Origin: a virus | IMG/VR virus record: IMGVR_UViG_3300042402_002055 | Location: 54,407 to 118,406 of that record | Length of the DNA stretch: 64,000 nucleotides | Strand: one strand, 5' to 3' | Position numbers and translations under genes: made by a program | Notes under the pieces: model-generated | The model's database searches: none | What the model saw: the letters and a program-made list of their open reading frames with translations, nothing else | What the model was told of the DNA's origin: nothing | Shown: one piece after another, positions 1 to 10,543 of the stretch | Layout: every line of letters begins with the position of its first letter | How positions within the stretch are numbered: position 1 is the first letter of the stretch

Positions 1-5
1 AGGAG

Positions 6-194
6 GTGCGTGTGAAGTTAAATAAAGATGATAAGGAATTATATTATTTGGAAAATGGTAAAGTGGTGTTCACTCCTGAGTATCACCTTCAACGAGGTGA
101 TTGCTGTGGGAGTGGGTGCCGCCATTGTCCATATATTCCAGTTGGTATAAAAGGAAATAAAAATACAAAACAAAAACAAAATGGTAACAGTTAA
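6..194 (+). CDS. DUF5522-like small Cys-rich protein
   Basis: HLQRGDCCGSGCRHCPY motif; the start may lie outside the window. Confidence 0.7.
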   Translation: MRVKLNKDDKELYYLENGKVVFTPEYHLQRGDCCGSGCRHCPYIPVGIKGNKNTKQKQNGNS

Positions 195-444
195 AAAATT
201 CTCAGCAGTATGGTGTGGCCCTTGTAGGGTGTTAGCACCGGTAATGAACGAAATCAAAGGAAATTTCTCAAATGTAAAGTTTGAAGAATATGATATTGAC
301 GAATATAGTGAAGTAACCGAACAATATGGAGTCCGTTCAGTTCCAACAGTAATTATCGAAAGAGATGGTGTTGAACTACAAAGGTTTACAGGACTTTCAT
401 CTAAAATGGCATATACAAACGCAATCAATGAGGCAGTAAAGTAA
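181..444 (+). CDS. trxA: thioredoxin
   Basis: WCGPC active site, VRSVPT cis-Pro motif. Confidence 0.93.
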   Translation: MVTVKKFSAVWCGPCRVLAPVMNEIKGNFSNVKFEEYDIDEYSEVTEQYGVRSVPTVIIERDGVELQRFTGLSSKMAYTNAINEAVK

Positions 445-445
445 A

Positions 446-477
446 TTTGGTATTGTGAGAAAAATTAGTTATATTAG
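446..477 (+). promoter_or_regulatory. Bacteroidota-like -33/-7 promoter (TTTG-N20-TATATTAG)
   Basis: tttggtattgtgagaaaaattagttatattag; one of 16 copies with the same spacing. Confidence 0.75.
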
Positions 478-481
478 ACAT

Positions 482-685
482 ATGAAATTAGTAGGTGAAT
501 TACATCCAATGCATAAACTGACTGAAGAACAGGTATTGCAAATTAGGGAACTATATAAAATAGGTCATAGAAATATTAATGTAATAGCTAGGAACTATGG
601 AGTATCATCAGCTAATATAAAAAAAATAGTTACAAACGAAACATGGAAACACATGGTTAAGTGGCCATATGAAAGTACAAGATAA
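482..685 (+). CDS. small helix-turn-helix DNA-binding protein
   Basis: GELHPMHKLTEEQVLQIR...IARNYGVSSANIKKI resembles the HTH tail of phage HNH endonucleases; start moved to ATG 482, downstream of the promoter. Confidence 0.7.
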   Translation: MKLVGELHPMHKLTEEQVLQIRELYKIGHRNINVIARNYGVSSANIKKIVTNETWKHMVKWPYESTR

Positions 686-1436
686 ACAATATTGTGATAC
701 TTCCAAGTTTAGTGTAAGGTTAATAGAAAAGTCGGTTGCAAAGAATATAATAGTAAAATATCATTATTCTAAACAATGGACAAAAGTTAGTTACGCATTG
801 GGATTGTTCTACGAAAACGACACCGAACATAAATTCTTTGGTGGAGTAAATCAGGAACTAATTGGAGTGATTTGTTATGGTGACCCGATTGGTAGACATT
901 GTGGAGCATCTATAAGTGAAACATTGGATAGAACGGAAGTGATGGAATTAGTAAGACTTTTTGTATTTGACGGTTATGGTTGTAACATTGAAAGTTGGTT
1001 TGTCGGAAAGTCTTTTGAATGGTTAAAAGAAAACGCAAAACAAATAAGAGCACTGATATCATACTCCGACCCTGTGCAAGGACATAAAGGTCAAATATAT
1101 CAGGCAACAAATTGGTTATATCAAGGAACAAGTATTAGACCTAATGACACATGGTCTTTTCGTTTTGAAGAAGGTGGTAAATGGATACATGGTAGAACTA
1201 TGGCACCTTATTGGGGAACAACCTCACCTTTCAAATTACAAGAACTTATTGATAAACCATTTTGGGTAAAGAGAGAACCAAAGAAACATAGGTATATCTA
1301 CATTTTGGGCAAGGATAAAAAAGATAAAAAGGAATTATCAAAAAACATAAAACATCCTTTATATCCATACCCAAAAACATTAGAGAAATATACCGAAGAA
1401 ATATTAAAATTAGAACCAATTGAAAGAGTTAAATAA
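669..1436 (+). CDS. Mom-family (GNAT) adenine modification protein, copy 1
   Basis: IIVKYHYS, ELVRL, NIESWFVG, LISYSDPVQGHKGQIYQATNWLY, KHRYIY motifs. Confidence 0.8.
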   Translation: MKVQDKQYCDTSKFSVRLIEKSVAKNIIVKYHYSKQWTKVSYALGLFYENDTEHKFFGGVNQELIGVICYGDPIGRHCGASISETLDRTEVMELVRLFVFDGYGCNIESWFVGKSFEWLKENAKQIRALISYSDPVQGHKGQIYQATNWLYQGTSIRPNDTWSFRFEEGGKWIHGRTMAPYWGTTSPFKLQELIDKPFWVKREPKKHRYIYILGKDKKDKKELSKNIKHPLYPYPKTLEKYTEEILKLEPIERVK

Positions 1437-2223
1437 GTTATATTGTGATACAAGTAGAGTATCGGTTAGAGAAATAAGCAGTTCAGTTGCAAAAGAAATT
1501 ATAGTTAAGAAACACTATACACATGCATGGACTGCGTGTAGATATTCATTGGGTATCTTTTACAAAACTGATGAGTCAAATGCATTGGGTGATAATGATA
1601 AACTAATTGGATGTTTAGTGTATGGATTCCCAGTAGGTGCAAGAGCTGCAAATTCAGTTTCAGATTCAATTACAAAAGATAACATTTTAGAATTGACACG
1701 ATTGTATTGTGATGATGGATATGGTTCAAACATTGAGTCATATGCGTTAGGACAATCGTTTAAGTGGTTTAGAGAAAATGATAAAGCAATTAAAATCTTA
1801 ATCTCATACGCAGATAACGGACAAGAACATTTAGGAGGTATTTATCAGGCAACGAATTGGATTTATCAAGGAATGAATACCGATATTGCATTGATGCCAA
1901 ATTACGGAATATCACTTTCAAATGACCCTTACAAATGGATTCATAGCAGAACTGTGTTTTCAATGTGGGGTAGTGGTAATTTGGAACATCTTAGGAGAGA
2001 AATTGGTAAACAGGGATATAAAGAGTTTTGGAGAAGAGAAGAACCACCAAAACATAGATACATACAAGTATTGGGTGCAGACAAAAAAGAAAAAAGAGAA
2101 TTACTTAAAACTCTAAAACACGACCCAAAGTCATATCCAAAAGATACACGTGAATTTAATAAGGATATAGAAATCCATACTACAATTGCACCTGAAACCG
2201 AACTTGCAAGTAAGTTTTGGTAA
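1420..2223 (+). CDS. Mom-family (GNAT) adenine modification protein, copy 2
   Basis: IIVKKHYT, ELTRL, LISYADNGQEHLGGIYQATNWIY, KHRYI; paralog of the preceding ORF. Confidence 0.8.
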   Translation: MKELNKLYCDTSRVSVREISSSVAKEIIVKKHYTHAWTACRYSLGIFYKTDESNALGDNDKLIGCLVYGFPVGARAANSVSDSITKDNILELTRLYCDDGYGSNIESYALGQSFKWFRENDKAIKILISYADNGQEHLGGIYQATNWIYQGMNTDIALMPNYGISLSNDPYKWIHSRTVFSMWGSGNLEHLRREIGKQGYKEFWRREEPPKHRYIQVLGADKKEKRELLKTLKHDPKSYPKDTREFNKDIEIHTTIAPETELASKFW

Positions 2224-2247
2224 TTTGAATAATTTTTAGTATATTAC
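2216..2247 (+). promoter_or_regulatory. TTTG-N20-TATATTAC promoter
   Basis: tttggtaatttgaataatttttagtatattac directly before ATG 2252. Confidence 0.75.
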
Positions 2248-2251
2248 ATAT

Positions 2252-3427
2252 ATGAATAAATTTTGGGATACAGGCAATGAGCCTAAAAAATCAGACGGAT
2301 TTGATTTTGAAAAAAATAAAAGAGAGTTACTTGAAAATTTAGACTATCTAATGGGTATGTCAGTACAAGAACAAACCCTCTATAAGAAGTGGGTAGAATG
2401 GAATCAGGATTTACATGGTAGTATGAAATTACTTCCTGCATTACACCAACAATACGATAAGATTTGGGAACCCACAGACATATTGGATTATGATAAAACT
2501 GTAAAGGAAATACAAGAACTAGAACCATTTGTTGAATTGGTAGAAGATGGTGAAGCAACTCGTTGGACACATATGAGAAAGTTAATTTCCTCAATGGAAT
2601 TCAGTGCAAATCCAGGTCGTAATGTTAAAGCATTTGTGAAAGACAGAAAATCAAATAAAATATTAGGTGTTATTTCATTGGGTTCGGATATTACAAGTTT
2701 GGGTGTTAGAGATAATTTTATAGGTTGGAAAAAAGAAGATAAATTTCAAAATGGTAAATTAAATAACACCACAATCGGAACATCCATTATAGCAACACAA
2801 CCATTGGGTTATAATTTTTTAGGTGGTAAATTGGTCGCAGCATTAACTACATCTCCTGTTTTTAGAAAACAATGGAAAGAAAAATACAATAATATTTTAA
2901 TTGCAGTTGGAACTACTGCCTTATATGGTGCAAGTTCTCAATACAATGCAATTCCACATTTTAAAACATTAGGTGAAAGTAAAGGTTTAATTAACATTAA
3001 ACCAGATGATAAGTATTATGATATTTGGCATCAATATGTTAAAAATTTAGACCCAGTGTGGTATGATAAAGCGATAAACTCCACGGGCCCAAAACAAAAT
3101 GTTTTAATGAGAGTTTTTAAAGAAATCGATGTTAAGGCTTCTCTTTATAATCATGGTTTTAAGAGAGGTGTATATTTTGCACAAATGTATGAGAATGGTA
3201 ATGATTATCTATGTTCTAAAATTGATGAGGATAAATTGATAATGAAACCAAAGTTTGTACAAGGTGACGAATATACAATCAAATGGTGGAAAGATAAGGC
3301 AATAAAAAGATATACAACATTACATAGTGAAGGAAGATTAAAATCGGAAAAGTTATTTTATGCTGACATCATTGGAATGACATGGGAAGAATGTAAAGAA
3401 AAATATTTAAAAGAAGTGGGAAGATAA
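2252..3427 (+). CDS. DUF4338/DruA-like GNAT-fold protein
   Basis: PGRN..LGVISLGS..RDNFIGW, PLGYNFLGGKLVA and TTALYGASSQYN motifs. Confidence 0.65.
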   Translation: MNKFWDTGNEPKKSDGFDFEKNKRELLENLDYLMGMSVQEQTLYKKWVEWNQDLHGSMKLLPALHQQYDKIWEPTDILDYDKTVKEIQELEPFVELVEDGEATRWTHMRKLISSMEFSANPGRNVKAFVKDRKSNKILGVISLGSDITSLGVRDNFIGWKKEDKFQNGKLNNTTIGTSIIATQPLGYNFLGGKLVAALTTSPVFRKQWKEKYNNILIAVGTTALYGASSQYNAIPHFKTLGESKGLINIKPDDKYYDIWHQYVKNLDPVWYDKAINSTGPKQNVLMRVFKEIDVKASLYNHGFKRGVYFAQMYENGNDYLCSKIDEDKLIMKPKFVQGDEYTIKWWKDKAIKRYTTLHSEGRLKSEKLFYADIIGMTWEECKEKYLKEVGR

Positions 3428-3428
3428 T

Positions 3429-5984
3429 ATGTATCAAAATATATTTTACGAAAGAGCAAAAAATCTCATGCACTTGTGGGATGACAAAAATGGATATCAA
3501 ACAATGCCATACCGAAAGTATGCGTATAAAAAAGACCCACAAGGACAGCATCTTTCAATGAATGGAGAAAGACTTACAAGAATTTCAAAATGGGAAAAAG
3601 AAGACAATGATGACTTATTTGAAAGTGATGTTCCAGAAACAACAAGAGTGTTAGTGGATATTTACGATAGTGATATTCCTTCGAATGGACATAGAGTATT
3701 GACTTTTGACATTGAGGTTGAAATGATATCAGGACTCCCAAACACAAAAGAAGCACAAAACGAACTGACAGCAATTGCAGCACATGATGGTGCAACTAAA
3801 TTGTATGATGTATTCGTATTAGACAAAGACAAAATAGTTAAAAATAATGCCAAAAACTTTAATAAAGATGGGAGAGAAGTTACTCTACACATTTTCGATA
3901 ACGAGAAAAATCTCTTACTTGCTTTCCTTAATTATTACGAGGAAATTGACCCGACTATTCTTACGGGATGGAATATAGATTTCTTTGATATTCCGTATTT
4001 GTATAATCGTATAAAAAATGTATGTGGAGAAGGCCATGCAAAAAGACTTTCTAGAATAGGACAATGTTTCTATTCACCATATAGAGAGAAATGGTCTTTT
4101 GGTGGTGTATCAATTTTGGATTACATCAGTTTATACAAACAATACAACTTTGGACTAGAAAGTTCATACACATTGAACCACATCGCAACAAAAGAATTGG
4201 GTAGAGGCAAAGTTGAGTATGAAGGAAGCTTGGATGATTTATTTGTAAATGATTTAGAAAAGTTTATTGAGTATAATATTGTCGATGTGGACTTAGTGGT
4301 ATCAATGGATGAGAAGTTAAAGTTTATTGATTTATGTCGAGCTATATGTCACGCCGGTTATGTTCCTTATGAAGATTATATGTTTTCGTCAAAATGGTTA
4401 GAAGGAGCTTGTTTAGCATATCTTAAAACTAAAAATATGGTTGCAACAAACAAACCGGCCGATAGGAGAGAGAGAATGCAAGCATTGAAAGATAATGACC
4501 AAGAAAAGTTTATTGGAGCATATGTAAAAGAACCCATCGTTGGTAAGTATGATTGGATTTATGATTTGGATTTGACATCACTATACCCATCAATCATTAT
4601 GACCCTAAATATCAGTCCTGAAACAAAGATTGGTAAGATTTCAAATTGGGATGCAGAACAATATATCAAAGGTGAGGAAATCACTTATAAGTTAAAGGGT
4701 AAGGATGGTGATGAATACGAATACAATCGTCAGGAATTAGCAGATGTTATTAAAGATAGTAATTTGGGTGTAGCAGCCAATGGAGTCCTTTATATGCAAG
4801 ATAAACCAGGTTTGATTGCGGATATCCTTAACACATGGTTTAACAAAAGGGTTGAATATCGTAAATTAGAAAAGAAATATGGTGAGGAAAAAAATACCGA
4901 ATTATATGAGTTCTATGGTAAGAGACAACACGTTCAAAAGATTCTATTGAACTCAATGTATGGTGTATTAGGATTACCTGCATTCCGTTTCTATGATGTG
5001 GATAACGCAGAGGCAGTAACCCTAACAGGACAAGTAGTAATTAAAAAGACGGCTGAAATGGCAAATAGAAAATATTGGAAAGAATTAGAAACAACTGACG
5101 ACTATAATGTTTATATTGATACCGACTCAATTTATATGATGGCAGAACCTTTGGTAAAACATAGATACCCAGAATATAAGACATTTGATGAAAAGAGGAT
5201 GGCAGTTGAAGTGGATAACATTGCAACCGAAACACAAACATTCTTAAACTCATTCTACGACTTATTGGCAGAGAGATTTTTCTTTATTCCAAAAGATAAA
5301 CATAGATTTGAGATTAAAAAGGAATATATCAGTAAAGCAGGATTTTGGGTAGCAAAGAAACGATATGCACAATGGATGATTTTGAAAAACGGAATACCTT
5401 GTGATAAGTTGGATGTTAAAGGTTTGGATGTAGTTAGAAGTTCATTTCCAAAAGCATTCCAAAAGTTTATGTCGACAATGTTGAAAGATATTCTAATGGG
5501 TAAAGACCATGAATATATAGATGATACTCTATTGACATTTAAGAAAAGTTTACCAACACTACCTGTAAATACAATAGCAAAAGGTGGAGCATTAAAAGAA
5601 TTGAGTAAATATGATAATGGTAGTTGGAAACCTGGAAATGCAGTAGCAAATTTTGAGAAAGGAACACCTGCACACGTTAAAGCCGGAATAACATATAATA
5701 GATTATTAAAATTCTTTAATTGTCCATATAAGCATGAACCAATTAGAGATGGTGATAAAGTAAAATGGGTATATCTTAAAGACAACCCATTAGGATTAGA
5801 AACAGTTGCATTCAAAGATTATAATGACCCAAAAGAAATTATGGATTTTGTGGAAACCTATGTGGATAGAAACAAAATATTTGAAGCAGAATTAGAAAAC
5901 AAATTAGATGACTTTTATAACGCATTAAAGTGGGATAAAGTTACCGCAGATACAAAAACAGCAAAAAAGTTTTTCGCATTTTAA
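3429..5984 (+). CDS. family B DNA polymerase (T4 gp43-like)
   Basis: Exo FDIEV and GWNIDFFD; Pol DLTSLYPS, KILLNSMYG, YIDTDS, KKRY; no intein visible. Confidence 0.97.
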   Translation: MYQNIFYERAKNLMHLWDDKNGYQTMPYRKYAYKKDPQGQHLSMNGERLTRISKWEKEDNDDLFESDVPETTRVLVDIYDSDIPSNGHRVLTFDIEVEMISGLPNTKEAQNELTAIAAHDGATKLYDVFVLDKDKIVKNNAKNFNKDGREVTLHIFDNEKNLLLAFLNYYEEIDPTILTGWNIDFFDIPYLYNRIKNVCGEGHAKRLSRIGQCFYSPYREKWSFGGVSILDYISLYKQYNFGLESSYTLNHIATKELGRGKVEYEGSLDDLFVNDLEKFIEYNIVDVDLVVSMDEKLKFIDLCRAICHAGYVPYEDYMFSSKWLEGACLAYLKTKNMVATNKPADRRERMQALKDNDQEKFIGAYVKEPIVGKYDWIYDLDLTSLYPSIIMTLNISPETKIGKISNWDAEQYIKGEEITYKLKGKDGDEYEYNRQELADVIKDSNLGVAANGVLYMQDKPGLIADILNTWFNKRVEYRKLEKKYGEEKNTELYEFYGKRQHVQKILLNSMYGVLGLPAFRFYDVDNAEAVTLTGQVVIKKTAEMANRKYWKELETTDDYNVYIDTDSIYMMAEPLVKHRYPEYKTFDEKRMAVEVDNIATETQTFLNSFYDLLAERFFFIPKDKHRFEIKKEYISKAGFWVAKKRYAQWMILKNGIPCDKLDVKGLDVVRSSFPKAFQKFMSTMLKDILMGKDHEYIDDTLLTFKKSLPTLPVNTIAKGGALKELSKYDNGSWKPGNAVANFEKGTPAHVKAGITYNRLLKFFNCPYKHEPIRDGDKVKWVYLKDNPLGLETVAFKDYNDPKEIMDFVETYVDRNKIFEAELENKLDDFYNALKWDKVTADTKTAKKFFAF

Positions 5985-5986
5985 TT

Positions 5987-6733
5987 ATGAAAAGTTTAAA
6001 TTTTTGGAAACCAGAAGGATTTGACATTGCCAGTTATAAGTGGCACCTAAAGGAAAGAGTAGATAAAGAAATATTAGGAAATGGTTCCGATGTAGGGAGT
6101 TGTTATTACACTTTCAATGAATTGGGATTTAGAGGAGACTCACCAAAAAAGAAAGGAACTAGAGTAATGTCCGTTGGTTGTTCACACACCGAAGGAATTG
6201 GTGTCCACAATCATCAAACTTGGTCACATTATTTGACTAGGAGCATGAAGTCCGCAGTTGATTTAAACTTAGGAATAAGTGGAAGGAGTAATGATTATAT
6301 TTCCAGAACAATAATATCATGGACAGATTATCTTAATCCTGATTTGGTTTTAGTGATGTACACATACCCACATAGAAGAGAATTTTATAGAGAAACAGGT
6401 GAAGTTGAGCCATATCATCCAAATCCTTGGGGATACTTTGATGAGGATAAAGAAGGTAGAATGGTATGGGCAAATAAAATTGCCTCATCAAACGATTCGG
6501 AAGATTTTATCAATTGGTATAAAAATCACCAACTAATAACTTATTTTTTGAAATCAAAAGAAATTCCTTTTATTTGGAATGGAACATTTGTTGGAACCGA
6601 TTACACCGATGAAAATAGATTTGATGGTGATTACCCAAATTTACCAGACTCACATAGTCATGCATCCCCACAACAAAATGAGATATATTCCAAAAAACTT
6701 TTAAATCATATCAAACAAAATTTTGAAATTTAA
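5987..6733 (+). CDS. SGNH/GDSL-like hydrolase family protein (paralog 1)
   Basis: VGCSHTEG, GRSNDYI, C-terminal SHAS. Confidence 0.6.
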   Translation: MKSLNFWKPEGFDIASYKWHLKERVDKEILGNGSDVGSCYYTFNELGFRGDSPKKKGTRVMSVGCSHTEGIGVHNHQTWSHYLTRSMKSAVDLNLGISGRSNDYISRTIISWTDYLNPDLVLVMYTYPHRREFYRETGEVEPYHPNPWGYFDEDKEGRMVWANKIASSNDSEDFINWYKNHQLITYFLKSKEIPFIWNGTFVGTDYTDENRFDGDYPNLPDSHSHASPQQNEIYSKKLLNHIKQNFEI

Positions 6734-6752
6734 AAAATTATTCGTATATTAG
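6722..6752 (+). promoter_or_regulatory. promoter variant upstream of sliding clamp
   Basis: tttgaaatttaaaaaattattcgtatattag (19-nt spacer). Confidence 0.6.
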
Positions 6753-6774
6753 TAAAATATAAAACATAAAACAA

Positions 6775-7488
6775 ATGAACAAAAACAATTTATTAAAATT
6801 TATTCAAAAGTATTCATTGGGTGGACTTATTGAATCAGTAGCATGGAATGCAGAAGGAACAAAGTTATCAGTTAGATTTATTTCAGATGACAAAACATTA
6901 TTAGGTGAAGTAGAGTTTAACGCTTACACATCAACATCAATGAATGTGGGTATTTACACAACATCATTATTGAAAAATATGATTGGTGTATTAGACAACG
7001 ATTTAACATTAAAAGTTGATAAAGCAGGTGATAAATCGGTATCATTAAAGTTATCGTCTGACGAAACTGAAACATCTTATCAATTAGCAGACTTAGGAGT
7101 TATTCCACCTGTACCAGATTTGAAAGCATTGCCTGATTTTGGTATTTCAATTGATATGGCATCTAATATGATTGACAAATTTATCAAAGCAAAAGGTGCA
7201 TTGAGTGATGTAGATACTTTCACAATCTTTACCGAAGCTGGTGATTTGAAGATGGCAATTGGTTATTCTTCTATCTCTACAAACCGAGTTACATTTACTG
7301 CACAAAAAGATTACGCAGAAACAGTAAAACCAATTTCCTTCTCAGCAAAGTATTTGAAAGAAATCTTAACTGCAAACAAAGAAGCAACATCAGCAAAGTT
7401 AAAAGTTTCAACCGATGGTTTATCGAATGTTGAATTCCAAATTGATGACTTTGTGTGTAAATATTATTTAGTAGAAATTTCAAACTAA
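6775..7488 (+). CDS. DNA sliding clamp (gp45/PCNA-like)
   Basis: 237 aa beta-rich protein between polB and clamp loader; C-terminal FSAKYL..VSTDGLS..CKYYL. Confidence 0.75.
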   Translation: MNKNNLLKFIQKYSLGGLIESVAWNAEGTKLSVRFISDDKTLLGEVEFNAYTSTSMNVGIYTTSLLKNMIGVLDNDLTLKVDKAGDKSVSLKLSSDETETSYQLADLGVIPPVPDLKALPDFGISIDMASNMIDKFIKAKGALSDVDTFTIFTEAGDLKMAIGYSSISTNRVTFTAQKDYAETVKPISFSAKYLKEILTANKEATSAKLKVSTDGLSNVEFQIDDFVCKYYLVEISN

Positions 7489-7493
7489 TAAAA

Positions 7494-7787
7494 ATGAGTG
7501 AACAATTAGAATTATTCCCACAAGAGGAAGTAAAATCAGAAATAGAACAATTACCAACAATTCAAGATGCAGAGTGGTGTTTTCAGTTTTTCAATAATGA
7601 ACCGGTAGTATTTGCATGGCAACAAGAAGGTGTAGAACCAAATCCATTGGTATTACAAATTGAACCAAAAGATGGTGATGGATTAAATTTTCAACAAAAT
7701 GGAATGTCATTTAGAATTTTTCCAAGACCAATTAGTGAAAAAACGAAACAACAAAGACAAGATGAAAGTAAAGATAAAGAAGCTTAG
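7494..7787 (+). CDS. hypothetical protein
   Basis: ORF tightly packed in operon. Confidence 0.6.
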   Translation: MSEQLELFPQEEVKSEIEQLPTIQDAEWCFQFFNNEPVVFAWQQEGVEPNPLVLQIEPKDGDGLNFQQNGMSFRIFPRPISEKTKQQRQDESKDKEA

Positions 7788-8196
7788 TCCGGAGGCAGTC
7801 ATCCCAACTTACGCAAAAGATGGTGATGCTGGTATGGATATGGTTGCAACGAAAATTATAAGTGACAATTTAGGTGCAGTTACATACGGAACTGATATTG
7901 CAATAGAAATTCCCAAAGGATTTGTAGGATTGATTTTCCCTCGTTCATCTATTAGAAAAACAAACTTACAATTGAGTAATTCGGTTGGTGTAGTAGATAG
8001 TGGATATAGAGGTGAAATTCAAGCCACTTTTAATAAAATTCAGGGTATTGATAATGTTGAAAGAGATAGTTATAAAATTGGTGATAGAATTTGTCAAATT
8101 ATGATTATACCACATCCACCTATCGAATTTGTAGAAGTAGAAGAATTAAATAACACCGAAAGAGGCGAAGGCGGATTCGGTTCAACTGGAAAATAA
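7762..8196 (+). CDS. dut: trimeric dUTPase
   Basis: DAGMD, PRSS, GVVDSGYRGE, RGEGGFGSTG; start moved to MKVKIKK. Confidence 0.96.
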   Translation: MKVKIKKLSPEAVIPTYAKDGDAGMDMVATKIISDNLGAVTYGTDIAIEIPKGFVGLIFPRSSIRKTNLQLSNSVGVVDSGYRGEIQATFNKIQGIDNVERDSYKIGDRICQIMIIPHPPIEFVEVEELNNTERGEGGFGSTGK

Positions 8197-8200
8197 TATT

Positions 8201-8905
8201 ATGAAAAAAATATATTTTGATGGGTGTTCTTACACATTCGGCCAAAGTTTAGAATTATATTGTAATTCACATGATATATTTCAACATGATAGATTGAGTA
8301 AATATAAATTTACAGAAAGTGATTTAAAATTTATAAAAGAAAACAGATATACTTCAATTGTATCAAAACATTTTGAATTTGATGAAGTAAATAAATCGAT
8401 ACCTGGAAAATCAAATGGAAAAATTTTATTTGATTTGAATAAACAAAATATAGATTTATACGAACATGTTATAATTCAATTAACACATTTTGGTAGATAT
8501 TTTACAAAAAATATGCACGAATGGCAAAGTCACGAAGCAACGATTGACTTTATGTTAAAAAATGGATATCTAACACAGGAAGAAATAGATTATACAATAG
8601 AAAATATAGAAAAAATTCAACTTGATTATTTTTTACAATTAGAAGAAAAATTTAAAAACTATCCAAATAAACTTAAAATCATATTTCATAGTGATGAGTG
8701 GGAAGAAATACTATCAAAAGAACAAATACAAAAATATGGTATAAATATTGAAGGTGAGTATATGATTAAGAAGTGGGCTGAAAAGAATAATATGTTTATA
8801 AATCAACAAGACGAATTTAAAAATAGTATCTTTGCAAACTACGATACACATTTAACACCTGCAGGACATAAAATATTAGCAGAATCAATAATAAAACAAT
8901 TATGA
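8201..8905 (+). CDS. SGNH-like protein (paralog 2)
   Basis: FDGCSYTFG, GKSNGKI, DTHLTPAGH. Confidence 0.65.
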   Translation: MKKIYFDGCSYTFGQSLELYCNSHDIFQHDRLSKYKFTESDLKFIKENRYTSIVSKHFEFDEVNKSIPGKSNGKILFDLNKQNIDLYEHVIIQLTHFGRYFTKNMHEWQSHEATIDFMLKNGYLTQEEIDYTIENIEKIQLDYFLQLEEKFKNYPNKLKIIFHSDEWEEILSKEQIQKYGINIEGEYMIKKWAEKNNMFINQQDEFKNSIFANYDTHLTPAGHKILAESIIKQL

Positions 8906-9849
8906 GTTTTTTCGCAAACGAAAACAATAAAAAAGAACATAGCTTGTGGGTGGAGAAATACCGTCCACAAACTCTTGCCGACTATGTTGGTAATGAAACC
9001 ATCAAAGAAACAATTCAGCAATATTTAGATGCAAATGATATACCACATTTATTGTTGTATGGAAAAGCGGGCACGGGTAAGACCACACTTGCTAAACTAA
9101 TCGTAAACACAATTAAATGTGACTTTATGATTATCAACGCATCGGATGAAAACAATGTGGATACCGTAAGAACAAAAGTAAAGAACTTCGCATCATCGGT
9201 TGGATTTGCAGGTTTCAAAGTAATCATCTTAGATGAGTTTGATTATATGACACCCGGAGCACAAGCGATTTTGAGAAACTTAATGGAAACATTCAGTAAG
9301 CATTGTAGATTTATCTTAACCTGTAATTACATTGAGAAAATCATTGACCCTATCCAAAGTAGATGTCAATCTTTCGCAATCACTCCTCCTACTAAAAAGG
9401 ATGTAGCAGTTCAGGTAGCAAAGATATTAGAAGCTGAAAAGATTAAGTTTGAACCAAAGAATATGGCTGATGTGATTAATTCATATTATCCAGACATTAG
9501 AAGGATACTTAATACTTGTCAATTACAATCTGCAAAAGGTGAATTGAAAGTAGACCATAGAGTAATGGTTGAAGCAAACTTTGCAAGTAAACTTATTGAG
9601 TTATTGAAATCAAATGATGAAAAACGAAATGTGTTTATGGCAACAAGACAAGCCGTAGCAGATAACAAATTAAATGACTACTCCGAAATGTATACAATGT
9701 TATATGACAAAGTTGATGAATATGCAACCGGAAATGTAGCAAATGTTATTTTGACAATTGCAGATGGTCTTTCAAAAGATGCATTGGTAGTAGATAAGGA
9801 AATCGTATTTATGTCTACAATTATACAAATATTAAACATTATAAAATAA
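8902..9849 (+). CDS. clamp loader ATPase subunit (RFC small/gp44-like)
   Basis: WVEKYRP, GKAGTGKT, INASD, LDEFD, SRC motifs. Confidence 0.95.
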   Translation: MSFFANENNKKEHSLWVEKYRPQTLADYVGNETIKETIQQYLDANDIPHLLLYGKAGTGKTTLAKLIVNTIKCDFMIINASDENNVDTVRTKVKNFASSVGFAGFKVIILDEFDYMTPGAQAILRNLMETFSKHCRFILTCNYIEKIIDPIQSRCQSFAITPPTKKDVAVQVAKILEAEKIKFEPKNMADVINSYYPDIRRILNTCQLQSAKGELKVDHRVMVEANFASKLIELLKSNDEKRNVFMATRQAVADNKLNDYSEMYTMLYDKVDEYATGNVANVILTIADGLSKDALVVDKEIVFMSTIIQILNIIK

Positions 9850-9854
9850 ACAAA

Positions 9855-10094
9855 ATGGAACAAGGACAACAATTACCAACGAATTTTAACTTAAACGATG
9901 CAAGAGATATGGATTGTGAATGTGGTGGAAAGATATTTTTACCAGCATATAGATTTAAAAAGATATCTCGTTTATTAACAGGACAACCAAAGGATTCGGT
10001 TATGCCTATTGAATTGTATGTATGTGCAAGTTGTGGTAAAGCATTAAACGAATTATTACCACAAGAATTACAAGAAACAAAAATCACAGAATAA
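9855..10094 (+). CDS. small zinc-ribbon protein
   Basis: CECG ... CASCG. Confidence 0.65.
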   Translation: MEQGQQLPTNFNLNDARDMDCECGGKIFLPAYRFKKISRLLTGQPKDSVMPIELYVCASCGKALNELLPQELQETKITE

Positions 10095-10543
10095 TGGCAG
10101 CAAAATTGTTTGACCATATCAATGCAATAACTACCATACAAGACCCTAAGTATTTTGACAAACTATCTGACGAAGATGTTAAGACTTGGAGTAATTTTAT
10201 GATAAATAGATTTCTATCAATGAAGCCTGAATGGGTTGAGTTGGTAGCATCTCTATTGCCTTTAACACAAACTCTACAACCAAAAGAAATGTATAAGTTG
10301 TATATTAGTGTTATTCCAAAAGGTAAATACTTTTTGAAATATATAAAAGGAAAATCAGAGGATAAATATGAACAATTCATAGTTGACTTATTAAAGAAAG
10401 AATATGATTGTTCAGAAAATCAAGCAATTGAATATTTGGAAGTTCTTTATTCTACAAGAGAGGGTAGGGAATATATGAAGTATGTTTCCGAAAAATATGG
10501 TATAGATAAAAAACAAATAACAAAACTAAAATTAAAAATATAG
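10094..10543 (+). CDS. clamp loader subunit (gp62-like)
   Basis: LFDHINAI, FMINRFLSM, Y..S..QAIEYL; follows the gp44-like gene. Confidence 0.75.
   Translation: MAAKLFDHINAITTIQDPKYFDKLSDEDVKTWSNFMINRFLSMKPEWVELVASLLPLTQTLQPKEMYKLYISVIPKGKYFLKYIKGKSEDKYEQFIVDLLKKEYDCSENQAIEYLEVLYSTREGREYMKYVSEKYGIDKKQITKLKLKI

Noticed and set aside
2252-3427. Druantia anti-phage system
   Set aside because: Only a DruA-like gene is present, with no DruE helicase or other partners, and it sits in a phage replication operon
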